64,000 nucleotides of DNA from Tubiluchus corallicola (GCA_030141605.1 JAQGDQ010000113.1:124001-188000), one strand, 5' to 3'; shown: positions 27,638 through 42,257, counted from the stretch's first letter. Numbers and translations are program-made. Notes: generated from the sequence alone by a model not told the origin.

Positions 27638-28034
27638 CTGAAACACGAGTATACGTATATCAGATGCTAATTCTTATGTCAGTTGCAGCCAAAGTAGTAT
27701 AGTCACCGGGTACCTTACGTGAGCAACTTATTCGAAATTGAAATACAACCCTTCCGGCTTAAACAGTATGTACAATCCTACGCGACTTTCAAGCAATATT
27801 AGTTTTGCATGTTTAAGAAGAATTATAAATCTTTTAAGAACAAAAATAACGGATTGCTTGAAAATTACTACATTGTTACATGCGTTTATGTATAAACTCC
27901 AAAAATTTTAGATCATTGTCTTACTATGTATGGATACTTTAATAAATTAGATTTGTCCAAAGAAACAGAAGTTTTAAATCAACAAGTCGGAAAAATGAAT
28001 ACCAGAAAAAATTGTGTCATAATTGTTAAAATTT

Positions 28035-28262
28035 ACAGTGGATGCTCTGTTGCATCCGCCATTTTCACTGCAATTTAGTCCAAGGCATTTCTTTCAAAGC
28101 TGACACATTTTCTCACTTCTTTAATTAAGGGGTATTTGGTCCCAGCACTCAACAATTTTTGCCTTTAATTCTGAGTCCTTTGCATCAAACGTCTCAGTGT
28201 AGCTATGGTACACTTTCTTTTTAAGGGAATTCCAGATACCAGACAAATACCAGATAAAATTG
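28035..28262 (-). mobile_element. Tc1/mariner-like transposase C-terminal remnant
   Basis: Translation GIWNSLKKKVYH...ELKAKIVECWDQIPL resembles the region following the DDE domain of Tc1/mariner transposases. Confidence 0.6.
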
Positions 28263-29499
28263 AGAACAATATTTAAGCAAGCTAAATTGAAATGTAAATT
28301 AGCTTGTTCAAATATCGCTCTCAATTTTATGCGAATAACTTCTTAATTGTAAAGTAGCCAAAGTACGTCGAATGATCTTCATTGATCAGTTTTATTTTTT
28401 TTGCTTCACGTTCACACGATGTTATTTAGGGATGATCGAAACTCGCTGTATTCATGTTAGCTGGATACAAGTATGTTTAATGCACTGTAACTCACTGTTT
28501 TCTGATAGTCCTCTGAAGTTACTCCATTGGGGAAACAATTGAGCAGGCAATAGCCCAGCATAAAATTTGTGCTTTTTAGTATGCTGATCATTGTATCACT
28601 CACTGTCTTTACAATATGCTGAAAGTTTAAATAAATGTCTCACCTAAGTCACTTTTCAAAATGCATTGATAAGGTAGTTTTATTATTTGTTGTAAGAAAA
28701 TGAGCAGTGAGCTAGAAAAATGTGAAACAGAAAAGTAATTTAACTACATAATATTATATTTGTTTCTTTAATTATAATTCATGTTATAATTTATTTTATG
28801 AATACATTACATTAGAGCACACGTCATAAACGTACAATTTAACTTATTTCATTTTTGTAGCTAAAAACGAAAATGGGAGATTTTCCCCATAGTTCCGGGA
28901 TCAATAATACAATGAAGGCATTGTGTAAGGGAAACCTATGTGATTAGAATAATATCAATTATATTACAAGCTATGATAGTATCTGTCGTATCCCTCTTTA
29001 AAACATTGAAACATGCCGTTTTCCAACACTATGCACTAAATAAGTTATAAAAAAATGATTCTGTTAGCAAAAACAGAATCGTATCGCATCAAAATTATTT
29101 CAACATTAAAACAAATCTCTTTCATTGAAAACTGAAAATAAATAAACACAAACAGAACCAATTTTGCATAAACAATAGTAATTTCACAAATTTTTTTGTT
29201 TACAATCTAAGAATCAGGATGAAACGATCAGCTATATATGATCAATATCAAATTCAAATGAGATATCACTGAGTCGCCAAACTGCGCAATTTTCAACTGG
29301 GCTATTTATGAGAATTTTGTTTATAATAATGGTAAATGCATGCATATATATATAGAGGAAATTGTGAACGAATCCATAGAAGTTTATTATTTATTTTAAG
29401 CTTTTTAAATTAAAGTTTGAATGCGAATGCTGTGCACGTCGCTCATGTTCCAATGATGTTGTAGATCAGCTATAGTCTTAGACTGTACTTAGAGTACTA

Positions 29500-32400
29500 C
29501 TAAGATACAGCTTCGTTGCTGGGAACTTTCACAGGATCTTGGCAAAATTGGCATGATTTGGGGCATGTTTTACGCATGAAGTTGTACTCGGTCTCGCAGT
29601 AACCATCTACTAGCCACTGTCCACAAAATGCATTTCTGTCAGTGCATCCTGAAACAAATGTGGCATATATGTATACTGTACTGTGTATATATAGTTTCTC
29701 AGGTGTCACGCTAAGCTGAGAAACTAAAGCTAAAATGCAAAACCAAAAATTAGCATATTAAACCCATCCATGCACAAAATTAATACTGTGTATAAAAAAA
29801 TTTAGAATTCATAAAAATATAAAACGTTGACATGCAAATTTCATCATGGTCAAGGGTAAATAAGATAATGCATATAATATATTGGTAAGTAATATATTAT
29901 ACACATTATTAATATAGCCTGTATAACATGGTGTTGAACTTATATTGCGTAATGTGCGGACGTGCAGTAATCATCAATGTTCAAAATATTATAACATTCT
30001 TGACTCTTGCTTTAAATAACTAATTTGTTGTATGTTCTAATTTACTAAAGTTTTATTTTATGAATTCTTGAATTAAATTTTGGGTCATGGAAGAACAAAA
30101 GTTTTCACTTTCAAAACAGGATATTCGTATTCGTTATCGTGCTATAATCTCTATGGGCTTCGAAAACTGGGATTATTTACAAATGGGATTGAAGCCATTT
30201 TATTAAACACAGCAATAAATTGTGCAGCGTGCACACCATATCAGCATATTATCTAAGAAATTTATATGCGATTGAAGTTTTTCTAATTTGCAAGTTCATT
30301 TAATACTTCTTTCTTTTTTAAATGTTATAATCTGCTTTTCTAGTTGTTCTCCAGAAATGAGAAATCAAAGATGTTCTTGAAGAAACCGGTTGATGACACT
30401 TGTTTCACAGAGAAACTTTGGCAATTCGAGAGTAAATGCGAATTGTTCCACACATTCGTTTTTATCTATTCCTTTTGGTAACTGCCGTACAAAGGAGGAA
30501 GTCAGTCATTTTTTGACCTCCTATGCAACAGATGCACTCAAGCTATCATATATATTTCTTTTTGGATCAAGATCAATAGTATTGTGACACCGTCTATGAT
30601 AACAAGGATTCATAATTTACTACACTTATTAACTAAAAAATTAAAAAAAAAGAAAAACGTAAAATGAGACACCTAACAAGAGTTTATAGCTGACACGCGT
30701 TGAGTCGAAATACAAACCGAGGGATTAAACCAGAAATCACTGAATCACGACTACTTAATAACACAAACCAAGAAAAATATAAAATGAAACCCGAAGCCGA
30801 ACATGGCCCAGAACGCACTGATCTGGAGTCTACGAGAGCTGGTTACACGCTCGAAAAAAATTGGCCTAGAAAAACTGAAGTCTGATTGGCCAACACACAC
30901 AATTTTATATTCAATATTACATTTTCGTGAAGCCTGTGGTTTCCAAGACGGTTTAATCCCGCGACCTGCCACAGTATTGAAACCTGGAATTACGATGTAT
31001 CTGCAATCTTGCCTTGCGCTACTTACTTGCTATTCCCAAATCATTGCTTGGTGTTAGAGTGCAAACATGTACCTTGTGTTGTTAGAATCAGGCTAATGTA
31101 CTTTTAAGGTATGATTAATCACGTTTCAGTTGAAATTTTGAAAAAATGTCTTCTCAGCCAAATCAGCATACTCAGCCAAATCAGCACGATCACATCACGA
31201 GAAATGTTAATTCAACCCTACCACAGTGTCTTGCCAATTTACCGGCCAGTAGTCATATAGATTATTTAGCTACAAAGCGCGGAAAATTGATATCTATATA
31301 ATTAGAGCTAATGCCTCATCAAAGAGGATGACGTATAACAGTTAAGTCCCCCTAAGACCACCGCTGATTCCATGTAATATTGTCGCAAAATTTCGTACTG
31401 TATTCACTTGAATGAAATTTCGTACTGTATTCACTAGAATGAGACCCCATAAATTGAAAATTGGAATTGGTACAGGTAGATGGTGTACCCCAACCGGTGG
31501 AAAACAGACTGTGAAAATGTGGTGCTGTCTAAACCGAAGGGTACGTCTTAACCACTTGCTCAAAAGCCGTAAATGTTAGAAACGAGTTTACGAAGTTTTT
31601 ATAATGCTTGTTGGCATCCTCCTGTCTCAAAAGACAATGGAGTGTGCGCCAAGAGAGTCAGTTATTGATCACATTGATGGAGCTGCAGCGTCCGTAACTG
31701 CTGCCTTCCGTGTTGTTTCTGTCACTGGAGCAGTGACACTGGAGTGGCTTGAGTTGTATGGAGATCCTGAGTTGCCCAGACAACAGGAACCACCTCTTTT
31801 CCTCCCTGGCGTAGTCCAAGCGAAAGCGGAGCGATACGTTTGGCACTAGGTTGGCTGCCGGAGTCAATGGCATGCTGCACTGGTCCGCCTTCGGGCTCCA
31901 CTCCTGATTTGAAAGGTTTACTCCTCTACACATGGCCGTTTTTATACACAACAGTTTTTATAATACCGTTGATGTATTTGAAAATGAACAAAGATTTAAA
32001 ATTTGCATGAAGTAATGAAGTTATTTACGGATTGAGTAATGTTGTTTTAAGACTAGGCCACTGACTTTCGTCAAGCAAAAATTAATTATTCATAGTTTCT
32101 ACCAGAGATTGTTTGCAGGTTTGTTATTGTGTAGCATTGAACTTTTTTATGACAGTAATGTATACCAGTAGAATTGATGTACTTAACTATATAGCACATT
32201 GCTTTTATTTTATTTTTGTTGTTCTCGATGTGTCATTTTGGTAATGACTTTTTGGACTATATTTTTTCTGGTTACCCAATGTTATAGTGTATTTGTATCG
32301 AATTATGTAGAATTATAATCAATAAATTAAGTAACTACTAAATGTTTTCTCCTTCCTGCAATACTTACTTTGCGTGCACGGATATCCACAGCTGACAGAG

Positions 32401-35400
32401 CAGTACAGTTTCATATAGTCAAGGTTGTTTTCACACTCCCCATGTCTGGCCCAGTATTCGCATTCAGGAATAATGTCTTCGCAAAATGCTGAAAATAATT
32501 TGTGAAATTGAAACTTATAACGCTAACTCATGACTCGTGGGTCAACGGTCAACCATTCTAGGTTCAACATTCCCTGTTCAATTTGTTTCACTGAAACATT
32601 TCATTCTATGTACTACAAGACACTAAAATCCGAACTTGGCGCATAAGGCTCATGACCTCTGAGTCAGGAGTGAAGCAATATGGGCGTAACTCATGCCATT
32701 TAATTCGTTACTGTTGTTGATATATACTGTTACCACGGTGAAACGCCATTAAACTTTATTTTCACCACCATCCCCACATTGTGATGGTTCGATCCATTAC
32801 GAAGCCATTGCATACCAGCTAGAAAACGGCCGGTATGGAGTGGCCTCGTCAATTCAGCAAGCAGACGGACAGCAAATGTTCCGTGGTTCACTAGTATGGA
32901 AGACGCAAGATAAATTACTGGCCAGTTTATTTTGCATTAATTCCTCTGTTTCGGATTCACTTTGGTTTCTACAAGACACGGGCTGAAACACACAATTTCC
33001 TAATAACGGCATAATACTGCATTGAGTCAGGACCCCTTTGCCTCTGGAAAGCTTGTATTCGAACTGACCAGTGAGAGCTGCTACCAGCCTCTGGTCAGGG
33101 CCGGTTCTAGGTAGTTTGATGCCCTAGGTAGAAGTATTTTAGCTCCGCCTCCTAAACGGTTAAGTCCTCTCCAACAGGATTGTACTCATCTACAAAGTTG
33201 AATTATTGTTGCATATATTAAAGTATAATGGTATTTGTGTGTTAGGCCTATACATGTGTTATAGCGTACTAATTAACTGAAGTTTATTACCGTCTACAGC
33301 TACATTTGAAATTGACCTCACTCCATATACGATTGCACGTCCTGGGTCTTAGGGGCAATTAAAATTTCTACAGTTTCTTCATTTCTGTCGCGTAGTTTTC
33401 GTTGACAGACTCGCGACTAGATCTTCCCTTAAACTTTTCATCAGAAAGTTTTTCAAACACCGACTTTGTCTAACTCCTCTAAACACATACATCAATTTCA
33501 CTAGTATTATCATCTTCACAATCATATAACTCTGGTCTAGTTGCAAATACCTCATTTAAAATCTTGCTGCTGTTCAATGTCCACCAGCTTTTTTGCTTCT
33601 CGTTTCCTGCATTGCACGCTCTTGAAGGCTTTGATTCTTATAGGTTTATCTGCCATAATTAGATAAATGCAAATCCAAGAAAGTTTTTTATTAACGGAAG
33701 GCTTCGTTACTATGCATACGATATAAACTGTGGACAAGAACTTGGTAACGCATCAGTCACTATGTTATCACTCATGCTAAACTTAAAAATTAAGAAATTA
33801 TTTCCAGAATTTGACGCCCTAGGCAACTGCCTAGTTTGCCAAGTTGTAGAGTCGGCCCTGCTTCTGGTGGCGAGAACTCGTCGGCGTTACAATAATTATA
33901 ATGAAACGTTTCAGTGAGTCGAATTTGTTGGCAAAGGCTACGTCTGGATTAGTTGACCTCTGATCTCGCTGTGGCAAAAAACCGAAATTGCTTGGGTCGG
34001 GGAGACAAATTACTGCTTTCATTGTCCACATTTAAGAATAATCGAATGACTGGAACCTAGACTCTAATGTTAAGTGGGTAAAAGTACTCTCATACTCACA
34101 GTATTCTGTTGGCCCTCTGCAAACTACTTGATTGTAGAAGCAACTTAAAAGGCAATAATCCGACATAAATTCAATGCCCTTTGTATTACACTGACCACTG
34201 ATACTCCATTCTTCGCAGCGCCACTCTCTGTCTTTGCAAGGTGCTGAAGTTAAAATGAAACCTCATTTTTAAAGTACATCAATGGAAAAGAATAATATGT
34301 ATTGTAATTTGTTAGCGAGCTAGTGAGTCATTGTTATAAAGCGGTGGGGTGGCAGAATTAATTTAACAACACTCGCATTACAAAGAACTAGAAAAGCTCC
34401 CCAGTCCTTCTGTTTTCAACTCCCGCGAAAGTTACACATTAATGACGAAGGTGTACTGATTTGATGTAGCTAAAGATCTCTACACTTGTCATCTGGGTTG
34501 ACTGCCGAGGATGTTCAACATTAGCCGAACTTGTATATCTTTTTCAAGAAGTCGCTTCTGAGGTCGCCTCGTCACCGGATCAAGAGTGTTCCTGCCAAAA
34601 TAGTGTGGATTCAGGCTGTGCAACTGATTCTCCACCTTAATCTAGCCACTTTTCTTTTTATTATACTTCAGAAAATTGATGTGCAGCCGTGATATGCAGC
34701 TTGACTTGGAAGCAAGAAAGAATCATCTGAAGTCCAAGGAATACCCACTAGCTTTGGGGGGATTCTTTCTTGTTTTAATACCAGAAGTTTGGAATGTGCG
34801 CACTTTTGCAAGACAGTAACTGTTATAAAGTTCATGTTCTAAAGAGTGTCTCCCAGCCATGAACTATCACATGATAGACGATTTTGCACTCGTGGGACAA
34901 GCATGATGATGACGACGATGATGATGATGATGACTTTACGTTTAATTGCACCCTTTTGTTCATTTAACCGGTATTTTTTATACTGATTCACTTTAGCACA
35001 AACATTGATTATTACCACTTTATTTACTGTTTACAATCTAAAAATCAGGATGAAACAATCATCCACACATGATCAATATCAATTCCAAATAAGATATGAC
35101 CGGATCGCCGTACTGCACAATCCCCAATCAGGAAAGTTAATGCAGTTTTGTTAATGGCAATCTAAAGTACTACTTGTCAATGTACAACTTTGATATCTGC
35201 CATGACTGCTAGCCTACTTGGTCTATTACATTACGTAAAATAATGCATCGTGTCAAAGTTTGTTTGCGTCCATTAGATCTGTACTAAGAACATATTTTGG
35301 CACTTCTTCTATTTCACGCTTTTGTTTCCCTTTCTTTACATAACTTTTAATAAACCATCATACGTATTATGTTTGCGTGTACATAAATATTATGTAATGT

Positions 35401-37536
35401 TGTGATACGTGTTATGTTATGCTGTGTACTATCATGTCATGTCATATTAAGTCATGTCGTGTCGTGACCTATCATGTCATACCTGTATGATATGCCATGC
35501 TACGTTACTTTGCGTTATATTATACTTCGTTCTGCTTTGTAACAAACAGGCTAGTTTCTCATGCATCGCCTTACAGTGTCAAAATTTTGCACTATCACGG
35601 AGTAGCTGCATCATAAGAATGTATGTATGTTCAATGTGTTTGGTATCGTCATCGTAGCTTTATTTGTTAAATAAGTCAATGTACTGTTAATGTTGTACAA
35701 AGTGTAAGCGTGAACATTTTACAACCTACTCCTAAAAATTTCTTGGACTGTGCATACGCCGCATGCTCTTCTACAGTAGTACATCATGAAATTAGGATTC
35801 TTTTCACATTCTCCAGTTTCCGACCATTCAAAACACGACTGCTTAAAATTCTCACATTCTGCAAACACAACAATATGCACAGAGTAATAATACTGCAACA
35901 GAAAGGTTACTCGTTCATTTTTTTAATATTCGTGATCAAGAAAATTTAATAATCGGTGGTTATAGAAGATGTACTATTTTACCCTTGGGGATCAATCTTG
36001 ATGATGCCTCTAAAAATGATCATTTTGATATTAGATTTAAACTTCTGGAACTCGCAAAAAACGTTATGCTATGCTATGCTATGCCATTTCCTTCCGCACG
36101 TCAAATCACGTCAAAATCAAAATAATTTTTTTAAATTATAAAAACTATTAACGCATAGGCAGAAATAGAGATTTATAGCAAATCTACTGTTTAAATAATT
36201 AACTGTAAGAATAGTAAATTAACATTTAACGATTTTGGGGACCAAGGAGTCATTTATGGCTGATTAAGGCAACGTTAGTGATTACAATACTGACAACAAC
36301 ATGCCATTATGATTAATAATAACAATAATTACCAGAAGATTCTCCGCAAATTTTGCAGCTCAAAGGGCAGTTGAAAACGAAATTATCTCCTGTAAAACAT
36401 TTTCCGTCAGCTGCGCCTTGTTGACAGTCCTTAAGTTTGTCACGACATTCTAAAAAAACTCGTTTTTTAAAACACTAAAATTAACGACTATTTCATTGAT
36501 ATGGGAAAACGTTAATCGTATTTCCTGCTTACTGGACCTTCAGTTACATTAGAAGTAGCGTTAATTCTTTGAGTAGCGATAGTCCAACACAACTTTTTGC
36601 AAATATTAAAAAAATTACACGAATTAAACAGAATGATGCGCATGCAAATATGTTAAAACACATGTATAAACAAACTGCACTAGTTTGTGTTGACCGTCAT
36701 AGTTATCGTATTAGGCTGAAGTTATGTACATTGTAACATTAATATTCGAGAATAAATCTTTAAGGACTAATGGTAAAATTGTAAAAGTATGGTACTAAGA
36801 CATCGTCACATGTCTGTGGTGTCCCAATTCATCTTCGAATGTGTTCTCGGCCAATACTACACAAGAGAAAAAACCAACAAATTTGATGATCTATAAATAG
36901 ATCAAAGCAAAGTTTTATGCCACTAGTTTTAGAACAAGTGCAGAATTTGTAATTTCGAAGTTCAAGTTAGACATAAATTCAGACTTATTAGAATTAATAA
37001 AAAGTAGCCGAATGCAAAAAAATAAACCACCAAACAACACAGATGCAGAGCTGCATCACAATCTTTATCATCGTCATAACCATCATCATCGTCGTCGTCA
37101 TGGTGGCAGCTTCATTATCTATATTGTACGATAATTAGTGTTTATATAATTACATATACGTTGTTCTTGTTTAACTAATGCTGTTAGGTCTAAATTTAGA
37201 TTTAAATTTCAAAATTACGTTTATCCAAACATTACACAGCAGTTTTCTATTTTCTATTTAATTACATTATGTTTCCGTTGCTACAGTATGGTCAAAGGTT
37301 GTCTTAAAGGGAAAAATTATTTATAACGGAAAACCACAAGTGTGCCGATGTCTTAAAATGATAATTCCTTTGACATTGGTGCTTTAAACTGCTTTTACTG
37401 CAGTGACTATAGAAAAAAACTTACCAAATGATTCTAGCGTTTTTCCGATATCTCCTTTTCTTTTTACAGCGTTTATGGTCGTAATGATTGCAGCTAGAAT
37501 GGACAACACTGCAAAATGTCTGCTTTTTATTTCCAT
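29500..37536 (-). CDS. Secreted ShKT-domain protein (signal peptide + 4 ShK domains), 5 coding exons, 213 aa
   Basis: Exons: 37536-37425 (MEIKSRHFAVLSILAAIITTINAVKRKGDIGKTLESF), 36449-36333 (CRDKLKDCQQGAADGKCFTGDNFVFNCPLSCKIC), 34243-34100 (CKDREWRCEEWSISGQCNTKGIEFMSDYCLLSCFYNQVVC), 32488-32369 (CEDIIPECEYWARHGECENNLDYMKLYCSVSCGYPC), 29648-29500 (CTDRNAFCGQWLVDGYCETEYNFMRKTCPKSCQFC...stop). All introns are GT-AG, phase 1. Confidence 0.88.
33096..33860 (-). mobile_element. hAT-family non-autonomous DNA transposon
   Basis: Terminal inverted repeats CAGGGCCGGTTCTA / TAGAGTCGGCCCTG (12/14 match). An 8-bp TSD, CCTCTGGT / CTTCTGGT, has one mismatch. A subterminal GCCCTAGG motif occurs at both ends, with a possible basic transposase N-terminal remnant inside. 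Confidence 0.8.
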
Positions 37537-39194
37537 TTAAATTTTTCTTAATGTCCGTGGTAACTATAAAAGGAAATGAAAACAATCGGTTGAAAAAAGT
37601 TGTTTAAGTTGAAATATACGACGTATCAGCATACAGAGCAATAGTTACACATGTTCTCTCAGTTGTGCACAGCAGATGGTTCTACAAATATTAACCACAA
37701 CGCCTGCCTGAAAATTAGTACTGCCATCTAATCAGTAAACAAAACACTAACTAGGTGCACTCTATCACCGAACAATTAAAAACTATATGCCAGAAGTATA
37801 GAAGAATTAAAAGAAGTAAAGCTTTTGTTCCTGGCATGACTCCATACTGATTTTCGCAGTCACCCATCTGATTGATCTGTTTCTCTTTATATTTTCATGT
37901 GAATCTAATCTTCATTTTCATCATCATCTTATTCCCTTTTCATTGTCATTTCTTATCCTTACTACCACCCCTGTATTTCATTCTCCTTGTTTATTTTATT
38001 TCTTACCTTTTACGTCTTTCCATTTTGCCTTCTGCTCAGGCCTGAGCCGATTCTCAATATCTGGTGAAGTTTTAATTTTTGTTTTATAGTAATAATATCT
38101 TGATTGTGTTATATGAAACAATGTTTTCCTTATTAAATTTATCATTATTTTGGAAATAAACTAAACGAAACGACGCAAAAGTCAGTTTTCTCGCCTTATT
38201 TTGAGGACTGGCGCCGAGATTAGAAAAAAGAAACATCAGAATAAAGATAAATTTTAAACATTTGTCCGCATATTTCTAGTTCTATGTTGGGTTTCAGTCC
38301 AGCCTTCACGATAGCTTTTCTTTAAAAATAATATAGAGCTTCACAAAAATATGCAGTTTGATTGAAAAATCTTAACAATTGGACTGTTTTGTCAGATTTC
38401 GTGTTAAGAAATACGACAATCGCTTGGCGGCCGTTTTGAATTCTAACAATTCTGAATTTCAGACTACTGCCTCAGTTTTTTTGAAGCTAAATACGTCCCT
38501 ACGATTTTAAACAGGTAACATACTTTCTTCACAAAAAATGCCCACGTGATTTCATATTTTGTGCACATGGCCCCGCAGTATTCGTAAGATTTTTATATAT
38601 TAACCTGTCAAATTATCGATTATAAATGTCTCTCGTTTTTTTGTTTTACTTGTGGTGTGGAGGGAACAATATCCTCTTTCCTTGCAGTGTGTATATCTCT
38701 CACACACTTTCCCAATCTATCTGTATCGTTCCCTCACTCTCTCTTTCTCTCTCCCCTCCATCTACACTTTTCTCTCTAATTTACTTACATACATAAATAA
38801 ATCTACAACAACATGTTACTAGCAAAGTAAACATTGCAGTGTTGTTTTATGTAGCTATGCCAACTCATTACGATACTTAAAAAGTCTGTGAATTAAACTT
38901 ATAATTTCAATAATACTTACATAAGTCGTTTGCTGTCCAGTATCTGCAAACCAGTTTTAACACTTTAGTGATTCGACTTTAAAGTTATAGCAAGTTCTTA
39001 CTAATTACCACTAAATTAACTTTTTAGCTCCGAATTACCGCGACGCCACAGTTCTTGAATTTTCTGGCGTTCAAATAAGCCAATGGCACCATTAACTAGG
39101 GTCGTTGCCTTAAGGTGTATTGCTGTCACGTTGTTAATGATTATAAAATGATAAGTGAATGTTCAAGAGACTGAACTTGTAAAACTTAAAAGTT

Positions 39195-40430
39195 AAGCGT
39201 ACACTCGCTTAGGGCTAGGTGTAGCCAGCCCTTATCCTCGCTGACGTCTAACGACGTTGCGCCTGTGCCACTGCCTCATCAGTCCTCACATGGTATCTGT
39301 GTAGGCTACCGTAGGTATGGGTGTAACCACGGGTCTCACCATGGGCGAAGGAAGGAGAGAGCCTAACCATATATGAACTATTATGAAATATCTAGCCACA
39401 TACGAGCTATACATTTATATCGACGGACATATACTAACCGCTTATAATAACCAGCTATTGTCTTTGTAGATTTAGCCATATGCCAATTGTTACTTTTAAT
39501 TTCAATTTTATTCATTTTAATTTCAGTTGCCTTACAATTCAATTGTCACTTATTGTTTTTTGACTCAAAGTATCTATGCAATATCATCATGTTATGGTCA
39601 GAATGTGCCAGGATGCACTTTGTCTTGTCTGCTTGATGAGATGCTATCTCACAAGTATATCAGAAGCTTAAAGAAGGACGAAATGTAACCGGACTCATTG
39701 CAACTTCTCATAACAAGCCTTAGATTCTCACAATAATGGCATCTACCCACATCGTGGTAATCAGTCTCGAACCTGTCCGTGAGCCAAAACATCAGTACGG
39801 TTCCTGACGCAGACGAGCGCGCTTGATTAGTGAATTCTAGTCTGCTTGTATATATGCTTTATACTCATCTTATCCACGTTGTTACACATATACACATATA
39901 ATATGACTAGTTTTGGGTTGGTGTTCATATATACTGGAGAAGAAAATGAAGTTATGCTTAAGATACTCACTCTTTTGAACGCCAGAGACAAACTAATCCG
40001 CTCGGTGATTAGTGGCTCATGTATGACCTGGAGAAAGTTCTTGGTGGGCCGCGTGGCCCGTAGAGTGAAACAGGAGTAGACTCCGGTGTCAGTTCTCCCT
40101 ACAGGATGTATAGCGCTCGAATCATTACATCAAACGCGTGCCTGTTCTAATGGAAGGCGAACATCTACAAAGCGTTCTTAGGTCTTAACCTAACGGTTGT
40201 CACATTACCGTCTAGGGCTTGAGTGAGCCAGCTACCCGGTAGCTGTTAGAGTGTGCCTCGTCCGTGTGGGCGGCCGGTGGGACACGTAGCAGCTGCACAG
40301 CGTTCTTAGGATCCTTAACCAATTGTTGCCTCGGCAAGGGACGTCGAGGGGTTGTTGCAGGGCTGTCGAGCCCCAAACAATGATTAAGGTGACCACATCT
40401 GACACCTGTGAGATCCGTCAAATTAGCATT
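39195..40430. mobile_element. GC-rich non-coding island, possibly a retroelement 5' UTR fragment
   Basis: Sharp rise in GC at about 39195-39365 and 39975-40430. Contains an internal direct repeat, AGCGTTCTTAGG(A)TC(C)TTAACC, near 40170 and 40299. No credible ORF. Confidence 0.3.
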
Positions 40431-42257
40431 CGCTGTGCTATGAAAAAGCTGTACTAGCCTAGAAATCAGGACTAAACCTTAAATCGTTGTTTTTTAATGG
40501 GAAATTGTATAAATCAGGTAGTATGAAACAATATGCGCTATTACGACACTTGCTATGACTGTATACTTTTTGCTGTTTTAAAACTAAAAGCTTGTTGTTT
40601 TGAACTTTATTGTCAGGTAAACTGGCAATTAATTAATGGACTTTAATTAATGTTATTTTGTTATTGTTGTATACTGATTTACATTAATTTGAGTCACTGA
40701 CAGAAAAATTGTAGTGGGTAGCTTAGGAATTAAACTCCGGGCCCTACAAAATTCCAGTCAGATGTGTTAATCATTTTAGCACCGACATATTGGTCGTGCA
40801 CCAAACATATAATTTTCGTTTTCATGACTTAATTAGCAAATTCACTATCAAAAACAAATTATCATATATTACAGCTTACCCTTTCTTTGTGCTAATTGAG
40901 CAAATACAGTCTATGATACGATTTCAAATCAATTTAAATTTAAAATTACAAGGGCTTAAACATATATGTAATACATAAATAACATCCAATTTCGAAAAAG
41001 AAAATTAATAAAATTTTGTTCACCGTAATTGCAATTTTGATACTGTAGACCAAAGCGTTCATTTCGCGCATACATAATTATGCAAAAGTCCCAATCTATA
41101 GAGTACTTTGACAGAAACTAGTTTCGCGACGACATTTTTACTTTGGAGCGATATCTTGTCTGTAGAGTGCAAAATATTTGCCTAGGGAAATACCTAAATT
41201 GAAAGTCACCAAATGATTGATTTTTAACACTTACTGTGACACCAAATGCACCATTAAATGGGTTATGTGAGCGTTTGTCTATTCTGAACTTTTGCAGTAG
41301 TTACCCTGACCCATGCCACCAGGACTGCGTGGAACCGTAGCAATCATGTTGCATTGTCCAGAGCATGGTTATGACTCTCACCAGATTACTTGTAATAACA
41401 CACGAAAAGTATTCCAATTAGTAAGTATAGTAAGTATTTGCGGCGCCAGGGGCAAAAAACTTCTGGCGCCTTACCTTTTTAGTTACGCTATCGCACCTAC
41501 CTTTTTAATATTTGGATCATTTGTTTCGTGGATGAAGCCACGTCCCTGAACCCACTATTCTATTTAGACATGATTGGGATAAACGAATATATTCTAAGAA
41601 TCGCCTTGAATATGCAGTATTTAAGCAGAATAACTCTTTTCTATATGTTGGTCTAGGAAAGTTGCTCGTAACATGACAGTCGTTAGACATTCCGCTCCAG
41701 CAATAAAACAGGGATTACGAAACATACAGAGAACTAGAGATTTTCCCAATAAAACAAACGCCACCGTTTCTCCCAAAAATATTGAATTGAATTGAATTTA
41801 TCTGCTAGGCCACGCACTGCCCTACACGCGCCATTAATTAACAATATTATCCTTTTTCCTAAGCTGTACGTAGTAATTAAATCAGCTACGATGATCTTTT
41901 ACTAGGCAACTTTGCTGTAGTTTGAAAACTTTTGTTAGTTGCTAATGTCGGATTAGTAACAAATGAACTAGAAAAAAATTGCTCCCTCTCACCCGTGCCC
42001 ACCTGTTGTCTTCCGCCCCCCCTCTTGCTTCGCCTCTGATTCCAATATGTTATTAAATTATTAAGTTGCTACTTGTCCGTATAAAACCGTATGCTGTATT
42101 TTTTGCATGATGTTTCCACCAACAAGTCTTTTATAAAAGTTGTGTCGTTCTCGTTGATTTGAAAAAGCAGTAGTGGTTTGGCATTAACCTTCAGCTCACC
42201 ATGCCGCCAAATGAAGAAGAGGGAATTGCTAACAAATATCATACAGTCGTTACATAC

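Noticed and set aside
29197-29290. SECIS element or C/D snoRNA in the duplicated 3' block
   Set aside because: The ShKT coding sequence has no in-frame TGA, and the box motifs are not conserved between the two copies.
30640-31950. Cluster of short ORFs in the last ShKT intron
   Set aside because: There is no ShK cysteine pattern or recognisable domain. It is probably transposon debris that I cannot classify.
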